Shown: piece after piece, positions 8,709 to 19,020 of the stretch | Position numbering within the stretch: the stretch's first letter is position 1 | How the letters are laid out: every line of letters begins with the position of its first letter | Origin: an uncultured Gammaproteobacteria bacterium | GTDB taxonomy: Bacteria > Patescibacteriota > Patescibacteriia > UBA10025 > JAHIVO01 | Length of the DNA: 64,000 bases | Assembly: GCA_964628855.1 (NCBI GenBank) | Contig: CAZVMV010000001.1 | Coordinates: forward strand, 77,145-141,144 | Reading direction: 5' to 3' | Made by a program: the position numbers and the translations under genes | The notes under the pieces: generated by a model | What the model was told of the DNA's origin: nothing | The model's database searches: none | Seen by the model: only the letters and a program-made list of their open reading frames with translations

Positions 8709-9983
8709 TTAAAAACCTTCGTAATTGCGCATCACCAGTTGGGATTCGATTTGTTTGACAGTTTCAATGACAACACTGACGACGATCAGCAAGCTCGTGC
8801 CACCAACGACTAATGATTGCATGTTAGTAACTGACTGTACGATATTAGGTAAAATCGCAATGATGCCAAGAAATAGAGCGCCACCCAAAATTATCCGATT
8901 TGAAACATACCCCAAGAAATCAGAGGTTGGTGTGCCAGGTCTGATGCCGGGGATGAATCCGCCCTGTTTCTGCAAATTTTCAGAAATCTGTGTGGGATGG
9001 AATATTACGGCAGTATAAAAATAAGTAAAAGCCACGACCATAACAAAATACATGATGGCATACCACAACTGATTTCGGAAAAAGCTAATAATCCAGCTAG
9101 AAATTGAGGCGATCATCGGGGTAGATGAGTTTACAAAAAACTGGGCAATCATCGGAGGGAATAATATGATCGACACGGCGAATATGATCGGAATCACGCC
9201 TGCTTGGTTTATCTTGAGCGGCAGAAAAGTGTTGACGCCGCCATACATCCGATTGCCACGGATTCTTTTCGCATATGAAACGGGAATATTCCTCTGCCCC
9301 TCGGTGATGTAGACAATACCCGCGACTGTAATAATGCCTATTACTACAAAAATCAAAAGGCCACCGATTTTAGTCATGTCAAAAGTAGCAAAAGTCTGTT
9401 GGACAGTCGTAGGTACACGGGCAACTATACCGGCAAAAATCAACAAAGAAATGCCGTTGCCAATATGTTTTTCGGAGATGAGCTCACCGATCCACATTAA
9501 AAACATGGTGCCGGCTGTAATAACGATAATTGTAGTTACCAATTGCATCATTCCCATTTCGCTTACTATTCCCTGTCCGGATTGGCCCAAAAATTTGATC
9601 ATGGCAAAAGCCTGCATCATGGCCAATGGCACCGTCAGGATTCTCTGGTATTGGTTTATTTTTTCACGTCCGGCTTCGCCCTCTTTCTGCATTTCTTCAA
9701 GCTTCGGAATGACCATTGTCAATAGCTGGAAGATGATCGAGGCAGTAATGTAGGGGGCGACGCCCATCATGACTATGGAAAAATTTTCCATGCCGCCACC
9801 GGAAAAAATGCTCAACAATCCAAGAATTTGATTTGACTGGAAAAGGTTCCTCAGGTTCTCCACATTTACGCCTGGGATGGGAATATGGGCAGCTATCCGG
9901 AATATGAAAAGCATGGCCAGAACAAACAATATCTTGTTCCGGAGTTCCTTAACTTTCCAGATTTGGCTGATTTTCTCCCACAT
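8709..9983 (-). CDS. secY: Preprotein translocase SecY.
   Basis: 10-TM SecY signature. 424 aa. Canonical position after rplO. Confidence 0.95.
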   Translation of the reverse strand: MWEKISQIWKVKELRNKILFVLAMLFIFRIAAHIPIPGVNVENLRNLFQSNQILGLLSIFSGGGMENFSIVMMGVAPYITASIIFQLLTMVIPKLEEMQKEGEAGREKINQYQRILTVPLAMMQAFAMIKFLGQSGQGIVSEMGMMQLVTTIIVITAGTMFLMWIGELISEKHIGNGISLLIFAGIVARVPTTVQQTFATFDMTKIGGLLIFVVIGIITVAGIVYITEGQRNIPVSYAKRIRGNRMYGGVNTFLPLKINQAGVIPIIFAVSIILFPPMIAQFFVNSSTPMIASISSWIISFFRNQLWYAIMYFVMVVAFTYFYTAVIFHPTQISENLQKQGGFIPGIRPGTPTSDFLGYVSNRIILGGALFLGIIAILPNIVQSVTNMQSLVVGGTSLLIVVSVVIETVKQIESQLVMRNYEGF

Positions 9984-10003
9984 GGCTTTTAGTATACCCT
10001 TAT

Positions 10004-10477
10004 TTAAGCCTTTTGTTTAACTTTGGGCTGTTTTACGGCATGTACTTGGACCTGGCCACCAGCCTTGGTAATCGCTTCTCTCGCTGAATGGGAAAAAGCA
10101 TCGGCTGCTACGACCAGCTTCTTTTTTATCGTACCGCCGCCGAGTATTTTCACGGTTTGCTGGGTATCTGCCAATAATCCGACTGCAACGAGCCTTGACT
10201 TGTTTATCACAGAGCCAGAATCAAACTTTTTTTCCAGATCACCCACATTCACCGCGACATGGCGCGGGTGAAAAGATGAGAAGCCTCTTGATTTCGGCAA
10301 TTGCTGTAAAAACATCTTCAATCCGCGGCGATAAAGGTTTTTACGTCCTCCTGAACGCGCGCGTTGGCCTTTTGATCCTTTGCCGGCAGTTGTCCCGTGG
10401 CCAGATCCGTCACCACGGCCGACGACTTTGCGTTTTTTTCTCAGATAAGATTTTAAATTTGATAAATGGAGAGACAT
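10004..10477 (-). CDS. rplO: 50S ribosomal protein L15.
   Basis: LRKKRKVVGRGDGSGHGTTAGKGSKGQRARSG is a glycine-rich L15 N-terminus. Confidence 0.9.
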   Translation of the reverse strand: MSLHLSNLKSYLRKKRKVVGRGDGSGHGTTAGKGSKGQRARSGGRKNLYRRGLKMFLQQLPKSRGFSSFHPRHVAVNVGDLEKKFDSGSVINKSRLVAVGLLADTQQTVKILGGGTIKKKLVVAADAFSHSAREAITKAGGQVQVHAVKQPKVKQKA

Positions 10478-10479
10478 AA

Positions 10480-11001
10480 TTATTTGGTTGATTTTATCTT
10501 CCTCATTTTCGCAATTTCATTCAGCTGCGACAACGCCCCCAGAGTAGCCAGCACATTATTTACTTTATTTTTGGATCCAAGCATTTTAGACACCACATTT
10601 TTAATTCCTGCGAGCTCCAATACTGCCCGAACTGCCCCACCTGCGATCACGCCAGAACCGACTGGGGCCGGTTTCAGCATAACTACTGCGGCGCCGAATT
10701 TATGCACAACCCGACAGGGCACAGAATCATTGACAGTGGTAACGGATATCAGGTTTTTCTTGGCTGCGGCTACAGCCTTATTGATAGCGAGGGATACATC
10801 AGCGCCCTTACGCAACCCCATGCCCACCCGACCCTTATGGTCACCGATCACAACACAAGCGCGGAAATTCATGCGCTTACCTCCGGCCATGACCCTGGTT
10901 ACCCTGGCCACATCAATCATCTTCTGGTCAAACTCATCATCCCTTTCCTTACGATCACCGCGATGGCGGCCTTTTGATTTACCCTGTTTTTGTTCCAACA
11001 T
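10480..11001 (-). CDS. rpsE: 30S ribosomal protein S5.
   Basis: S5 dsRBD and C-terminal domain, RVTRVMAGGKRMNFRACVVIGDHKGRVGMG. Confidence 0.9.
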   Translation of the reverse strand: MLEQKQGKSKGRHRGDRKERDDEFDQKMIDVARVTRVMAGGKRMNFRACVVIGDHKGRVGMGLRKGADVSLAINKAVAAAKKNLISVTTVNDSVPCRVVHKFGAAVVMLKPAPVGSGVIAGGAVRAVLELAGIKNVVSKMLGSKNKVNNVLATLGALSQLNEIAKMRKIKSTK

Positions 11002-11014
11002 AAATGTCTAATAA

Positions 11015-11377
11015 TTAAAATTTCAATCCACCTGTCCGCATCCCCTCAGCTACGGCCGCAACGCGGCCATGGTATCTGTATCCGCGACGGTCGAAAACCA
11101 CTGCCGCAATTTTTTTGGCCAAGGCCTTTTCAGCGACCAACTTACCCAGTTCTTTTCCCTGGTCAACTTTAGACTGGCCTTTTGTTCCCTTCAATAATTT
11201 ATCCTCAACCGAGAGCAGGGTCCGTCCAGTCATATCATCTATTAGCTGAACAGAAGTATGACGTAAACTGCGGAAAATCGCCGCACGGGGCCGTTCTTTT
11301 GTACCGTAAATTTTCGACCTGACACGACGGCTCCGCATTATCCTTTTATTTCTTTTTACCTGGTGTTTATTGTTCAT
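11015..11377 (-). CDS. rplR: 50S ribosomal protein L18.
   Basis: RRVRSKIYGTKERPRAAIFRSLRHTSVQLIDD matches L18. Confidence 0.9.
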   Translation of the reverse strand: MNNKHQVKRNKRIMRSRRVRSKIYGTKERPRAAIFRSLRHTSVQLIDDMTGRTLLSVEDKLLKGTKGQSKVDQGKELGKLVAEKALAKKIAAVVFDRRGYRYHGRVAAVAEGMRTGGLKF

Positions 11378-11389
11378 ATCATTTCAAAA

Positions 11390-11941
11390 TTAGCCTGCGC
11401 CTGCCGTTTTGACGACTTTACCGGCCTTCCTGCGGATGACTTCACCGGAATACTTTATTCCCTTGCCTTTATATGGCTCGGGCTTTTTAATATCGCGAAT
11501 CTGAGCTGACACGTGCCCAACCAACTGCTTATCAATACCGGATACCGTAATGGTATTTTTTTCTACCTTGATCTCTATGCCAGTTGGGATTTTATATTCA
11601 ACGGGATGGGAAAAACCGACATTCAGGTTCAGCGAGCGGCCAGCAACAGCTGCCCGAAAACCTACGCCGGTTATCTCCAATTGTTTGGAAAATCCTTTAG
11701 TCACTCCGATCACCGCATTGTATAACAATACGCGCGACAACCCCCAGAGCGACCGGCCCTGTTTTTCGTCAGTTCTTTCCACCAAGACGTCCAAGGCGCT
11801 GTCTTTTTTTGTAGCCTTGACCCAGGGGTGCAATGTCACCGACAGGGTGCCCTTCGGCCCTTTTATTGTGACTACCTGCCCTGCTATCTGCACGTCCACT
11901 TCGGCTGGTATGATTATGGTTTTTTTACCGATACGAGGCAT
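11390..11941 (-). CDS. rplF: 50S ribosomal protein L6.
   Basis: MPRIGKKTIIIPAEVDVQIAGQVVTIKGPKGTL matches L6. Confidence 0.9.
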   Translation of the reverse strand: MPRIGKKTIIIPAEVDVQIAGQVVTIKGPKGTLSVTLHPWVKATKKDSALDVLVERTDEKQGRSLWGLSRVLLYNAVIGVTKGFSKQLEITGVGFRAAVAGRSLNLNVGFSHPVEYKIPTGIEIKVEKNTITVSGIDKQLVGHVSAQIRDIKKPEPYKGKGIKYSGEVIRRKAGKVVKTAGAG

Positions 11942-11959
11942 AAAAAATTCCTGTGTAGT

Positions 11960-12355
11960 TTAATATATAACGCACATTACTTCACCGCCAAGCTTCTCGC
12001 GTTTTGCTTCTGCATTTGTTTTCAATCCTCTGGAGGTGGAGACGATCTGGATGCCAAGGCTAGGCAAAACTCGCGGAATGTCTCTGGCCGCCTGATAAAC
12101 CCGCCGGCCTGGCTTACTGACACGGTCAAGACCTTGAATAGCTGGTATCCCATCTTGGTATTTCAGTACAATCCTAATAACCGGGCGGTCTGTTTGAGCA
12201 TCTTTTGCCTGGTCAGCCTTCTTGACGAAGCCTTCTCTTTCCAATATCTGGGCAATGTTCCACTTCACTTTGGAAGCCGGCAGAAAAACCTCCGCCTTTT
12301 TTAGCGTAACCGCGTTACGAATCCTAGTGAGCATGTCGGAAATTGGATCTGTCAT
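11960..12355 (-). CDS. rpsH: 30S ribosomal protein S8.
   Basis: MTDPISDMLTRIRNA is the S8 N-terminal signature. Confidence 0.9.
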   Translation of the reverse strand: MTDPISDMLTRIRNAVTLKKAEVFLPASKVKWNIAQILEREGFVKKADQAKDAQTDRPVIRIVLKYQDGIPAIQGLDRVSKPGRRVYQAARDIPRVLPSLGIQIVSTSRGLKTNAEAKREKLGGEVMCVIY

Positions 12356-12390
12356 ACGTTATGCGAAAAATTATGTGTCAGTTAATAATA

Positions 12391-12576
12391 TTACCAGCTT
12401 GCTTTGCGGATACCGGGAATCTCGCCATTATTGGCCAGTTCACGGAAACAAATACGGCACAAATTGAAAGCCCGCATATACCCTCGACGTCGACCACAAC
12501 GCCAACAACGATGGACGATCCGGGTGGAATATTTCGGTTTTTTCTTTGATTTAGCGATTTGCGATTCCTTGGCCAT
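12391..12576 (-). CDS. rpsN: 30S ribosomal protein S14 type Z (zinc-binding).
   Basis: 61 aa with [20 protein letters not shown], a C4 zinc motif. Confidence 0.9.
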   Translation of the reverse strand: MAKESQIAKSKKKPKYSTRIVHRCWRCGRRRGYMRAFNLCRICFRELANNGEIPGIRKASW

Positions 12577-12585
12577 ATGTTATTT

Positions 12586-13131
12586 TTAGTTCTTCTTGAA
12601 TGGGATGCCTAATAAGGTGAATAATTCCAAGCCCTCATCTTTTGATTTGGCGTTCGTGGTCAAACAGACCTCCAAGCCATGTATACGCTCGACCTCATCT
12701 GACCTGATTTCCGGAAATACTATATGCTCTTTAAACCCGATGGTCAGATTCCCATGCTCATCGATTGCCTTTGGGTTTATTCCCTGGAAATCGCGCACGC
12801 GGGCCAGGGCAACATTAGCAAGCTTGTCAACAAAATCATACATGCGATTTCCTCGCAAAGTCACCGTTACGCCTACTGTCATGCCTTTGCGGATTTTGAA
12901 CGCGGAGATTGATTTCTTGGCTTTAGCCAACATCGGCTTTTGTCCCGAGATACGAGTCATGGTATTTACGACAGAATCAATAAATTTGTCATCTTTAAGT
13001 GCTTTGCCAACTCCGCTGTTCAATACGACTTTAATTAAGCGTGGCACAGCCATCACATTCGTGTAGCCGAAACGTTTTTCCATGGCCGGCACCACCTGCT
13101 TAAAATATTTTTCTTTCAATCTTGGGGTCAT
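12586..13131 (-). CDS. rplE: 50S ribosomal protein L5.
   Basis: The L5 core begins at the internal Met MTPRLKEKYFKQVVPAM, immediately after the rplX stop. The upstream 45 codons of the tracked ORF overlap rplX and are excluded. Confidence 0.85.
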   Translation of the reverse strand: MTPRLKEKYFKQVVPAMEKRFGYTNVMAVPRLIKVVLNSGVGKALKDDKFIDSVVNTMTRISGQKPMLAKAKKSISAFKIRKGMTVGVTVTLRGNRMYDFVDKLANVALARVRDFQGINPKAIDEHGNLTIGFKEHIVFPEIRSDEVERIHGLEVCLTTNAKSKDEGLELFTLLGIPFKKN

Positions 13132-13135
13132 ATAA

Positions 13136-13444
13136 TTAAATATTCTGCTTACATTTCCTGCAAATTCTGATCTTTTTGCCATCAGCCGTTTTGGTGAATC
13201 CGATTTTAACAGGTTTGCTGCATTTGTTGCAATACAGCGCCACATTTGATGCGTCAACCGGGGCATTATAACGGACTACTTGCCCCTTCTCCCCTTGTCG
13301 TTTCGGCCGTACATTTTTTGCCATCATGTTCATCCCCTCAACCACAACTTTATTGGATTCAGGAAAGGTTTGCAGGACCTTGCCTTTTTTGCCACGGTCC
13401 TTGCCGGTGATTATTTGTACACTGTCGTTTTTCTTGAGATACAT
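13136..13444 (-). CDS. rplX: 50S ribosomal protein L24 with a four-Cys C-terminal ribbon.
   Basis: KOW motif IITGKDRGKKGKV. C-terminal CNKCSKPVKIGFTKTADGKKIRICRKC. Confidence 0.85.
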   Translation of the reverse strand: MYLKKNDSVQIITGKDRGKKGKVLQTFPESNKVVVEGMNMMAKNVRPKRQGEKGQVVRYNAPVDASNVALYCNKCSKPVKIGFTKTADGKKIRICRKCKQNI

Positions 13445-13449
13445 ATTTA

Positions 13450-13821
13450 TTAAAGCACTTCTGGTGCTAATGAAATTATTTTTGTAAAGCCTTTATTGCG
13501 CAATTCTCTCGCCACTGGCCCAAAAATTCTGGTACCTTTTGGCTCTTTGGACTTGGTGTCAATTACCACGCCAGCATTGTCGTCAAAACGGATATACGAA
13601 CCATCAGAGCGCCGGTACTCTTTGCGTTGGCGGACGATTACCATATGCGCCACGTCGCCTTTTTTTATCATAGCGTGTGGGATAGCCTCTTTGACACTTA
13701 CCGTAACAATATCACCAAGCTGCGCATAGCGTTTCTGGTATCCGCCTAGGACCTTAATTACCATTACGCGACGGGCGCCTGTATTGTCGGCAATTGTTAA
13801 TGTTGAACGGGGTTGTATCAT
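13450..13821 (-). CDS. rplN: 50S ribosomal protein L14.
   Basis: [27 protein letters not shown] matches L14. Confidence 0.95.
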   Translation of the reverse strand: MIQPRSTLTIADNTGARRVMVIKVLGGYQKRYAQLGDIVTVSVKEAIPHAMIKKGDVAHMVIVRQRKEYRRSDGSYIRFDDNAGVVIDTKSKEPKGTRIFGPVARELRNKGFTKIISLAPEVL

Positions 13822-13839
13822 AACTTTAATGCGTAACGA

Positions 13840-14085
13840 TTAAGAGACTTTCTTTAATACGCGCCAGCGTTTGTCTTTGCTCATTGGCCTTGTTTCTTCT
13901 ATGGCAACCTGATCACCGACATGATATTCATTCTTTTCGTCATGGGCTTTGAATGTGTTTCGTACCGTAAACTGTTTTAAATATTTTGGGTGCTTTTTCA
14001 CACGTTCAACCCTAACCACGACGGTCTTGTCCATTTTATCACTGGTAATAACTCCCTGGAGTTGTCGCTTCTTGTTCGCTGGCAT
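13840..14085 (-). CDS. rpsQ: 30S ribosomal protein S17.
   Basis: QGVITSDKMDKTVVVRVERVKKHPKY matches S17. Confidence 0.9.
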   Translation of the reverse strand: MPANKKRQLQGVITSDKMDKTVVVRVERVKKHPKYLKQFTVRNTFKAHDEKNEYHVGDQVAIEETRPMSKDKRWRVLKKVS

Positions 14086-14088
14086 ATA

Positions 14089-14307
14089 TTATTTTTTTAC
14101 TTGGTGTTGAAATTCTTTCAGCTTGGATTTTTCCTTGAGAACAGTGAGTATGCGGGCGATTACATGTCGCGCTTCGCGCAGTTCCCTGACATCCTTATGC
14201 TGTTTTGTGCTTACGCGGAAACGTAATTCACGCAACTGTTCACGCTGCAATTTGATCAGTTTCTTTAGTTCATCTTCACTTTTTTGTCTCAATTCTTTTA
14301 TATCCAT
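14089..14307 (-). CDS. rpmC: 50S ribosomal protein L29.
   Basis: MDIKELRQKSEDELKKLIKLQREQLRELRF matches L29. Confidence 0.85.
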   Translation of the reverse strand: MDIKELRQKSEDELKKLIKLQREQLRELRFRVSTKQHKDVRELREARHVIARILTVLKEKSKLKEFQHQVKK

Positions 14308-14311
14308 AATA

Positions 14312-14722
14312 TTATTCGTCTTTGCTCATGAATTTTGTCGTTACAGAAAGCTTGTGTGACGCCAGCCGCAGGGCTTCCTGGGCGACGGAACGATCCACCC
14401 CATCCATTTCAAACAGCACCATTCCTGGTTTCACAATCGCGACATAATGATCAACATTACCTTTACCTCCTCCCATCGGGGACTCATTACCATGCAGCGT
14501 AACTGGCTTATCGGGGAATATCCTGATCCAAACTTTACCACCTTTATGAAGGAAACGGGTAACGGCACGACGGGCAGCCTCAATCTGACGGGATGATACC
14601 CACCCATTTTGCAGGGCTTTCAGTCCATAACTTCCGAAATCAAGATTATTCTTCGAATATGACTTCCCGTATATTCTGCCCTTATGCCACTTCCGGTGTT
14701 TTACTTTTTTTGGTATTAACAT
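14312..14722 (-). CDS. rplP: 50S ribosomal protein L16.
   Basis: MLIPKKVKHRKWHKGRI matches L16. Confidence 0.95.
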   Translation of the reverse strand: MLIPKKVKHRKWHKGRIYGKSYSKNNLDFGSYGLKALQNGWVSSRQIEAARRAVTRFLHKGGKVWIRIFPDKPVTLHGNESPMGGGKGNVDHYVAIVKPGMVLFEMDGVDRSVAQEALRLASHKLSVTTKFMSKDE

Positions 14723-14725
14723 AAT

Positions 14726-15385
14726 TTAACCCTTCTGATTCTCGACTGTATTATTAAAAACCAAACCGCGGTTGATCCATACTTTCACGCCAACAGCGCC
14801 ATAGGTGGTAAATGCAGCACCACGCGCATAATCAATATCGGCTCGCAACGTGTGTAACGGCACGCTACCCTGCCCGAATTTCTCCGTCCTGGCAATTTCC
14901 GCACCATTCAAACGTCCAGCAATGATAATTTTCACGCCCTTGGCACCTGCCTGCATGACTTGCTCAATCGCCCGCTTGGCGGCGCGCCTAAACGGTATGC
15001 GCTTCTCCAGCTGTTCGATTATCCCCTGGCAAACCAGCTGGGCGCTTAAATAAATCTTGTCAACTTCATGTATATTCAGAGTCAGGTTTTTCTTCTTCTC
15101 CATGAATTTCTTCTTGATCTCCTTTTTCAGGTCTTCGGCGCCCTGACCTCCACGACCGATGACCACGCCGGGTTTGGCGGTAAATATATTGACAACAAGC
15201 TCAGCGCCAGAGCGTTCAACTTCTACATTGGCCAGTCCGGCTTCGCGCAACTTGCGGTAAAGGAATTTACGGATCTTAATGTCCTGCTCTAAAAATTTGG
15301 TATAGTCCTTTTTGGCAAACCATTTGGATTTCCAGCCGATATTGACTCCCAATCGAAATGCTTTTGGATGTACTTTTTGTCCCAT
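14726..15385 (-). CDS. rpsC: 30S ribosomal protein S3.
   Basis: [24 protein letters not shown] and a KH domain match S3. Confidence 0.95.
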   Translation of the reverse strand: MGQKVHPKAFRLGVNIGWKSKWFAKKDYTKFLEQDIKIRKFLYRKLREAGLANVEVERSGAELVVNIFTAKPGVVIGRGGQGAEDLKKEIKKKFMEKKKNLTLNIHEVDKIYLSAQLVCQGIIEQLEKRIPFRRAAKRAIEQVMQAGAKGVKIIIAGRLNGAEIARTEKFGQGSVPLHTLRADIDYARGAAFTTYGAVGVKVWINRGLVFNNTVENQKG

Positions 15386-15389
15386 AGTC

Positions 15390-15944
15390 TTATCGTTCTC
15401 CTAATCGTCTTGAAAATTTATCTTTTATGCCTTTTAAATTAATAAGTGGCTTCTTCTCCCCCGTTGCCGCCTCCTCGGCTGATGGCTTACCCTTTGCTTC
15501 ATGTTTGATGTCCTTGAAATCTACGACAGGTTGAGTAGTTGTAGCTTTTCCCGCAGCTGCCTTAATAGCTTTAACTGCTTTCTTGCCTTTTACTTTTACA
15601 CCTTTTGCAGCTGCTAGTTCGTCAAGAATAATAGTGACGTGTGAAGATTTTTTTAATATTGGCGCCGCACGACCGAACGCCCGTGGTTTCCATCTTTTCA
15701 AACTTGGACCCATATCCACAAACGCTTTTTTGATGAATAACGTTTCTTTTTTTATCTGAAAATTATTCTCAGCATTAGCAATAGCGGATTTGAGCAGCTT
15801 TAACACTGGCAATACGGCATCCTTCTGTATATACATTAAGCGGTGCTCAGCTTCATCGACCGAACGTCCGCGGATGGCATCAATCACCAGCCGCACTTTG
15901 CGGGGAGACATCCTTAGAAATCGTAGTTTTGCTCTGACTTCCAT
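15390..15944 (-). CDS. rplV: 50S ribosomal protein L22 with a ~70-aa Lys/Ala-rich C-terminal extension.
   Basis: L22 core within residues 1-110 ([17 protein letters not shown]). A low-complexity [20 protein letters not shown] tail follows. Confidence 0.85.
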   Translation of the reverse strand: MEVRAKLRFLRMSPRKVRLVIDAIRGRSVDEAEHRLMYIQKDAVLPVLKLLKSAIANAENNFQIKKETLFIKKAFVDMGPSLKRWKPRAFGRAAPILKKSSHVTIILDELAAAKGVKVKGKKAVKAIKAAAGKATTTQPVVDFKDIKHEAKGKPSAEEAATGEKKPLINLKGIKDKFSRRLGER

Positions 15945-15961
15945 AACAAATTAAATACGTA

Positions 15962-16321
15962 TTATTTAACTGCGGGAGCCGCCTTGCCAGCTTCTGGGGC
16001 AGCTTGAGACTTTTGCAATTCAGCTTTTTGGGCCAGTGCTGCTGCCGCTTCCTCTTCGCGTTGCATGCGACCGCCATGTTTTACAAATTTCCTGGTTTGA
16101 GCGAATTCACCCAACCGATGACCGACCATATTTTCAACAATGTATACGGACACGTGATCGCGGCCATTATGGACCCCAAAGGTATATCCGACCATTTCCG
16201 GTGAAATGACTGAATCGCGTGACCATGTTTTAATAACTGTCCGATCGCCAGCTTTCAGTTTGGCTACTTTTTTCAGTAGATTCAGATCTGTAAATGGCCC
16301 TTTTTTAAGACTTCGTGTCAT
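15962..16321 (-). CDS. rpsS: 30S ribosomal protein S19 with an Ala/Lys-rich C-terminal extension.
   Basis: [14 protein letters not shown]...GHRLGEF is the S19 core. It is followed by an [31 protein letters not shown] tail. Confidence 0.9.
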   Translation of the reverse strand: MTRSLKKGPFTDLNLLKKVAKLKAGDRTVIKTWSRDSVISPEMVGYTFGVHNGRDHVSVYIVENMVGHRLGEFAQTRKFVKHGGRMQREEEAAAALAQKAELQKSQAAPEAGKAAPAVK

Positions 16322-16343
16322 AATATATGATAATTGTGATGAA

Positions 16344-17174
16344 TTATTTTCTGCGATGGACGATCAGGGCGTCGGAATATTTACCGGCTTTGCGCGTTTT
16401 TACGCCAAGCGCCGGCTTGCCCCAAGGCGTTTTCGGATGTTTCAAGCCTATCGGATTGTGGCCTTCACCACCGCCATGTGGGTGGTCAACAGGATTCATG
16501 GCTTTACCACGAACAGTCGGCTTGATGCCTCGCCAGCGGTTCTTTCCTGCCTTGCCGAGACGTACATTTTCATGATCAGTATTGGAAACCTGGCCAATTG
16601 TGGCTAAACATTCAGCGTTAAAAATTCTAACTTCGCCAGATGGTAATTTCAGCTGCGCAGTCCCGCCTTCAACTGCCTGGACGATAGCGCCAGACCCGGC
16701 CGAACGGACAATCGTGCCGGCAGTTCCAGGGAACAATTCAACGTCATGAACAGTAATTCCGACGGGCAATTTCCCCAATGGGACGCGGTTACCGGTTTTT
16801 ATTTCCGCTTTCTCTTTTGATGAAACCACCGTATCGCCGACCTTCATTCCATGCGGAGCGAGTATGTAGCTTTTATCGCCATTAGGATACTGCAGTAGAG
16901 CCAGCCAGGCTGTCCGGTTCGGGTCATATTCAAGGGCGATAATTTTTGCCGTCTCGTCAAATCTGAGCCGGCGGCTGTCAATCATCCGATAAAAACGTGC
17001 ATGACCGCCCCCACGATGCCGTACAGTAATTCGGCCTTGGTTATTTCGTCCGGAAGTCCGATTCAATGAAACCAGTAATTTCTTTTCTGGGCGCTTTTTG
17101 GTCAGTTCCGTACGGACGACACTACGCGAAAATCTGCGTCCTGGAGTGGTTGGGTTGTGCAGCTTGATTGCCAT
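16344..17174 (-). CDS. rplB: 50S ribosomal protein L2.
   Basis: 276 aa. [19 protein letters not shown] and the C-terminal HPHGGGEG signature. Confidence 0.95.
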   Translation of the reverse strand: MAIKLHNPTTPGRRFSRSVVRTELTKKRPEKKLLVSLNRTSGRNNQGRITVRHRGGGHARFYRMIDSRRLRFDETAKIIALEYDPNRTAWLALLQYPNGDKSYILAPHGMKVGDTVVSSKEKAEIKTGNRVPLGKLPVGITVHDVELFPGTAGTIVRSAGSGAIVQAVEGGTAQLKLPSGEVRIFNAECLATIGQVSNTDHENVRLGKAGKNRWRGIKPTVRGKAMNPVDHPHGGGEGHNPIGLKHPKTPWGKPALGVKTRKAGKYSDALIVHRRK

Positions 17175-17177
17175 ATT

Positions 17178-17684
17178 TTATAATCCTTCTTGAATTTCAA
17201 TTTTTTGCCCGGCCGCGAGGGTGATAATTGCCTTTTTCCAAGCTTTTGTCAGACCTTCACTGCGGCCATACCGTATTTTTTTTCCGCGAACATTTATGAT
17301 ATTCACCTTGATTGGGTCAACACCGTAAAGTTTACGTATCGCTTTCCTAACCTCGCTGCGGTTTGTCCTGGGCGCTACCTGGAAAACATATTGGTTGTAC
17401 ATGCCGAGCAGAGAACCTTTTTCAGTTACTAAAGGTTTGAGCAGAACCCGATAGGCATTACCCGTATCTTCCTTGGTAATTTTGGATTTTTTTGCCTTTG
17501 CATCGGATTTATCAGGTACAGCGGTCATGGTCCCATCGGCAGCTACCACGGTTTTTACATTATCCTGCGACTTTTTGGATGCCTGTGTTTTTGCGGTAGA
17601 TTTCGGCGTGCCAACTTTGTCAGCGCCAACAACAGTCTTTTCGTCAACGGACTTTTTAGATTTTAATTTATCGAATATTCCCAT
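17178..17684 (-). CDS. rplW: 50S ribosomal protein L23 with a ~70-aa Lys-rich N-terminal extension.
   Basis: The C-terminal 95 aa (YRVLLKPLVTEKGS...KIRYGR) match L23. The N-terminal low-complexity K/T/A region is extra. Confidence 0.8.
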   Translation of the reverse strand: MGIFDKLKSKKSVDEKTVVGADKVGTPKSTAKTQASKKSQDNVKTVVAADGTMTAVPDKSDAKAKKSKITKEDTGNAYRVLLKPLVTEKGSLLGMYNQYVFQVAPRTNRSEVRKAIRKLYGVDPIKVNIINVRGKKIRYGRSEGLTKAWKKAIITLAAGQKIEIQEGL

Positions 17685-17689
17685 ACGGA

Positions 17690-18319
17690 TTATTTCAAGT
17701 ATGTTTTGGTAATGACTTCCAGACTTGCTTTTGGCATCAATAATGTCTCGTGGTCCAACACGTCGACTATATTCAAACTGTCAGCATTTATGGTCTTTAA
17801 AAATGGAATGTTGCGGGTGGATTTAATGATAGTCTGGTCGGATTTTGGCAAAGCCAATAAAATGGTTTTTTTCAGCGGCAATTTAGAAATCGATGCGAGG
17901 AAATCTTTTGTCTTGACCGTCTTTTGTGCCAGTGAATCTATAATGACAATATTTTTTTCGCTCGCCCGATCAGTAAGAGCCATGAAAAGCGCTTGGCGTC
18001 TGGCCTTCTTGTTCATCTTCAGTGAATAATTCCTATCTGATCTTGGTCCGAAAACTACCGCACCGCCCTTCCATATCGGCGACCGGATTGAGCCATGCCG
18101 TGCGCGCCCGGTGCCTTTTTGGCGCCATGGTTTTTTTCCTCCGCCACGTACTTCTGAACGATCCTTGGTGTGGGCAATCGCAACGCGGGAGTTTGCCTGT
18201 TGTGTCCTTATGGCCTGCTGAACAACCTGGGGCTTTACACGTACAGCAAATATTTTCGGCTCTAGGTTTACTTCGCCTATTTTTGCACCTGTTGAATTGT
18301 ATATGGCGACTTTTGTCAT
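17690..18319 (-). CDS. rplD: 50S ribosomal protein L4.
   Basis: 209 aa. RSEVRGGGKKPWRQKGTGRARHGS matches L4. Confidence 0.9.
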   Translation of the reverse strand: MTKVAIYNSTGAKIGEVNLEPKIFAVRVKPQVVQQAIRTQQANSRVAIAHTKDRSEVRGGGKKPWRQKGTGRARHGSIRSPIWKGGAVVFGPRSDRNYSLKMNKKARRQALFMALTDRASEKNIVIIDSLAQKTVKTKDFLASISKLPLKKTILLALPKSDQTIIKSTRNIPFLKTINADSLNIVDVLDHETLLMPKASLEVITKTYLK

Positions 18320-18324
18320 ATTAT

Positions 18325-19020
18325 TTAGTTCTTTTCTTCAGTCTCTGCTTCGGGAGACGTAGGTGGTTCAACCGCAGACTTTTCCCCCGTTTTTGGCTGT
18401 TCAATTTTCATTTCGCCCGTGGCAGTCAGCATCAACAGGTTGCCTTTTGGTCCCGGTACTGCACCTTTTAAATAAAGTAAATTTTTCTCTGCATCAATTT
18501 CGATTATTTCCAAATTATGGACGGTAGTGCGTGCATCACCCATATGACCCGCCATGCGCATGCCTTTTATAACCCGTTGTGGGGCGGTCGCACCGATAGA
18601 CCCAGGCATTCGGGATTGGTCCTTATTCCCATGGGTAGCGCGTGATCCGGAAAAATGATGGCGTTTGACGACGCCCTGGAAACCCTTGCCTTTGGACTTG
18701 CCCACAACTTTTACCTTATCGCCAACCGCAAATACTCCCGCCGTAATAATATCTCCCCTCTTCAAACCACTGTCGCCCTCTACCCTGAACTCTTTCAACG
18801 TCCGAACTGGAGTAAGATCTTTATATTGCCCCTTCAGAGAGGTCTTAATTTTTTTTGCTGGCCCAAATCCAATCTGAACGGACGAATAGCCGTCTTTTTC
18901 TTTAGTCCTGAGAGAAACTACCGGAGAAGGGCCTACCGTGACTACTGTCACCGGAACCACCGAACCGTCTTCGGCGAATCGCTGGGTCATATTCACTTTT
19001 TTCCCTAAAATAAATTTCAT
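18325..19020 (-). CDS. rplC: 50S ribosomal protein L3 with a short acidic C-terminal tail.
   Basis: MKFILGKKVNMTQ...GKGFQGVVKRHHFSG is the L3 core. 231 aa. Confidence 0.9.
   Translation of the reverse strand: MKFILGKKVNMTQRFAEDGSVVPVTVVTVGPSPVVSLRTKEKDGYSSVQIGFGPAKKIKTSLKGQYKDLTPVRTLKEFRVEGDSGLKRGDIITAGVFAVGDKVKVVGKSKGKGFQGVVKRHHFSGSRATHGNKDQSRMPGSIGATAPQRVIKGMRMAGHMGDARTTVHNLEIIEIDAEKNLLYLKGAVPGPKGNLLMLTATGEMKIEQPKTGEKSAVEPPTSPEAETEEKN

Noticed and set aside
10466-11011. 181-aa plus-strand ORF, plus many similar antisense ORFs inside rpsE, rplF, rplE, secY, fusA, copA, ligA, pilN and others.
   Set aside because: They are entirely embedded antisense to, or out of frame with, highly conserved genes. 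Their composition is low-complexity and they have no ribosome-binding site.
12586-13266. Full 226-aa L5 ORF with a 45-aa N-terminal extension.
   Set aside because: The extension overlaps rplX and has no L5 homology. The conserved L5 N-terminus starts at the internal Met right after the rplX stop.
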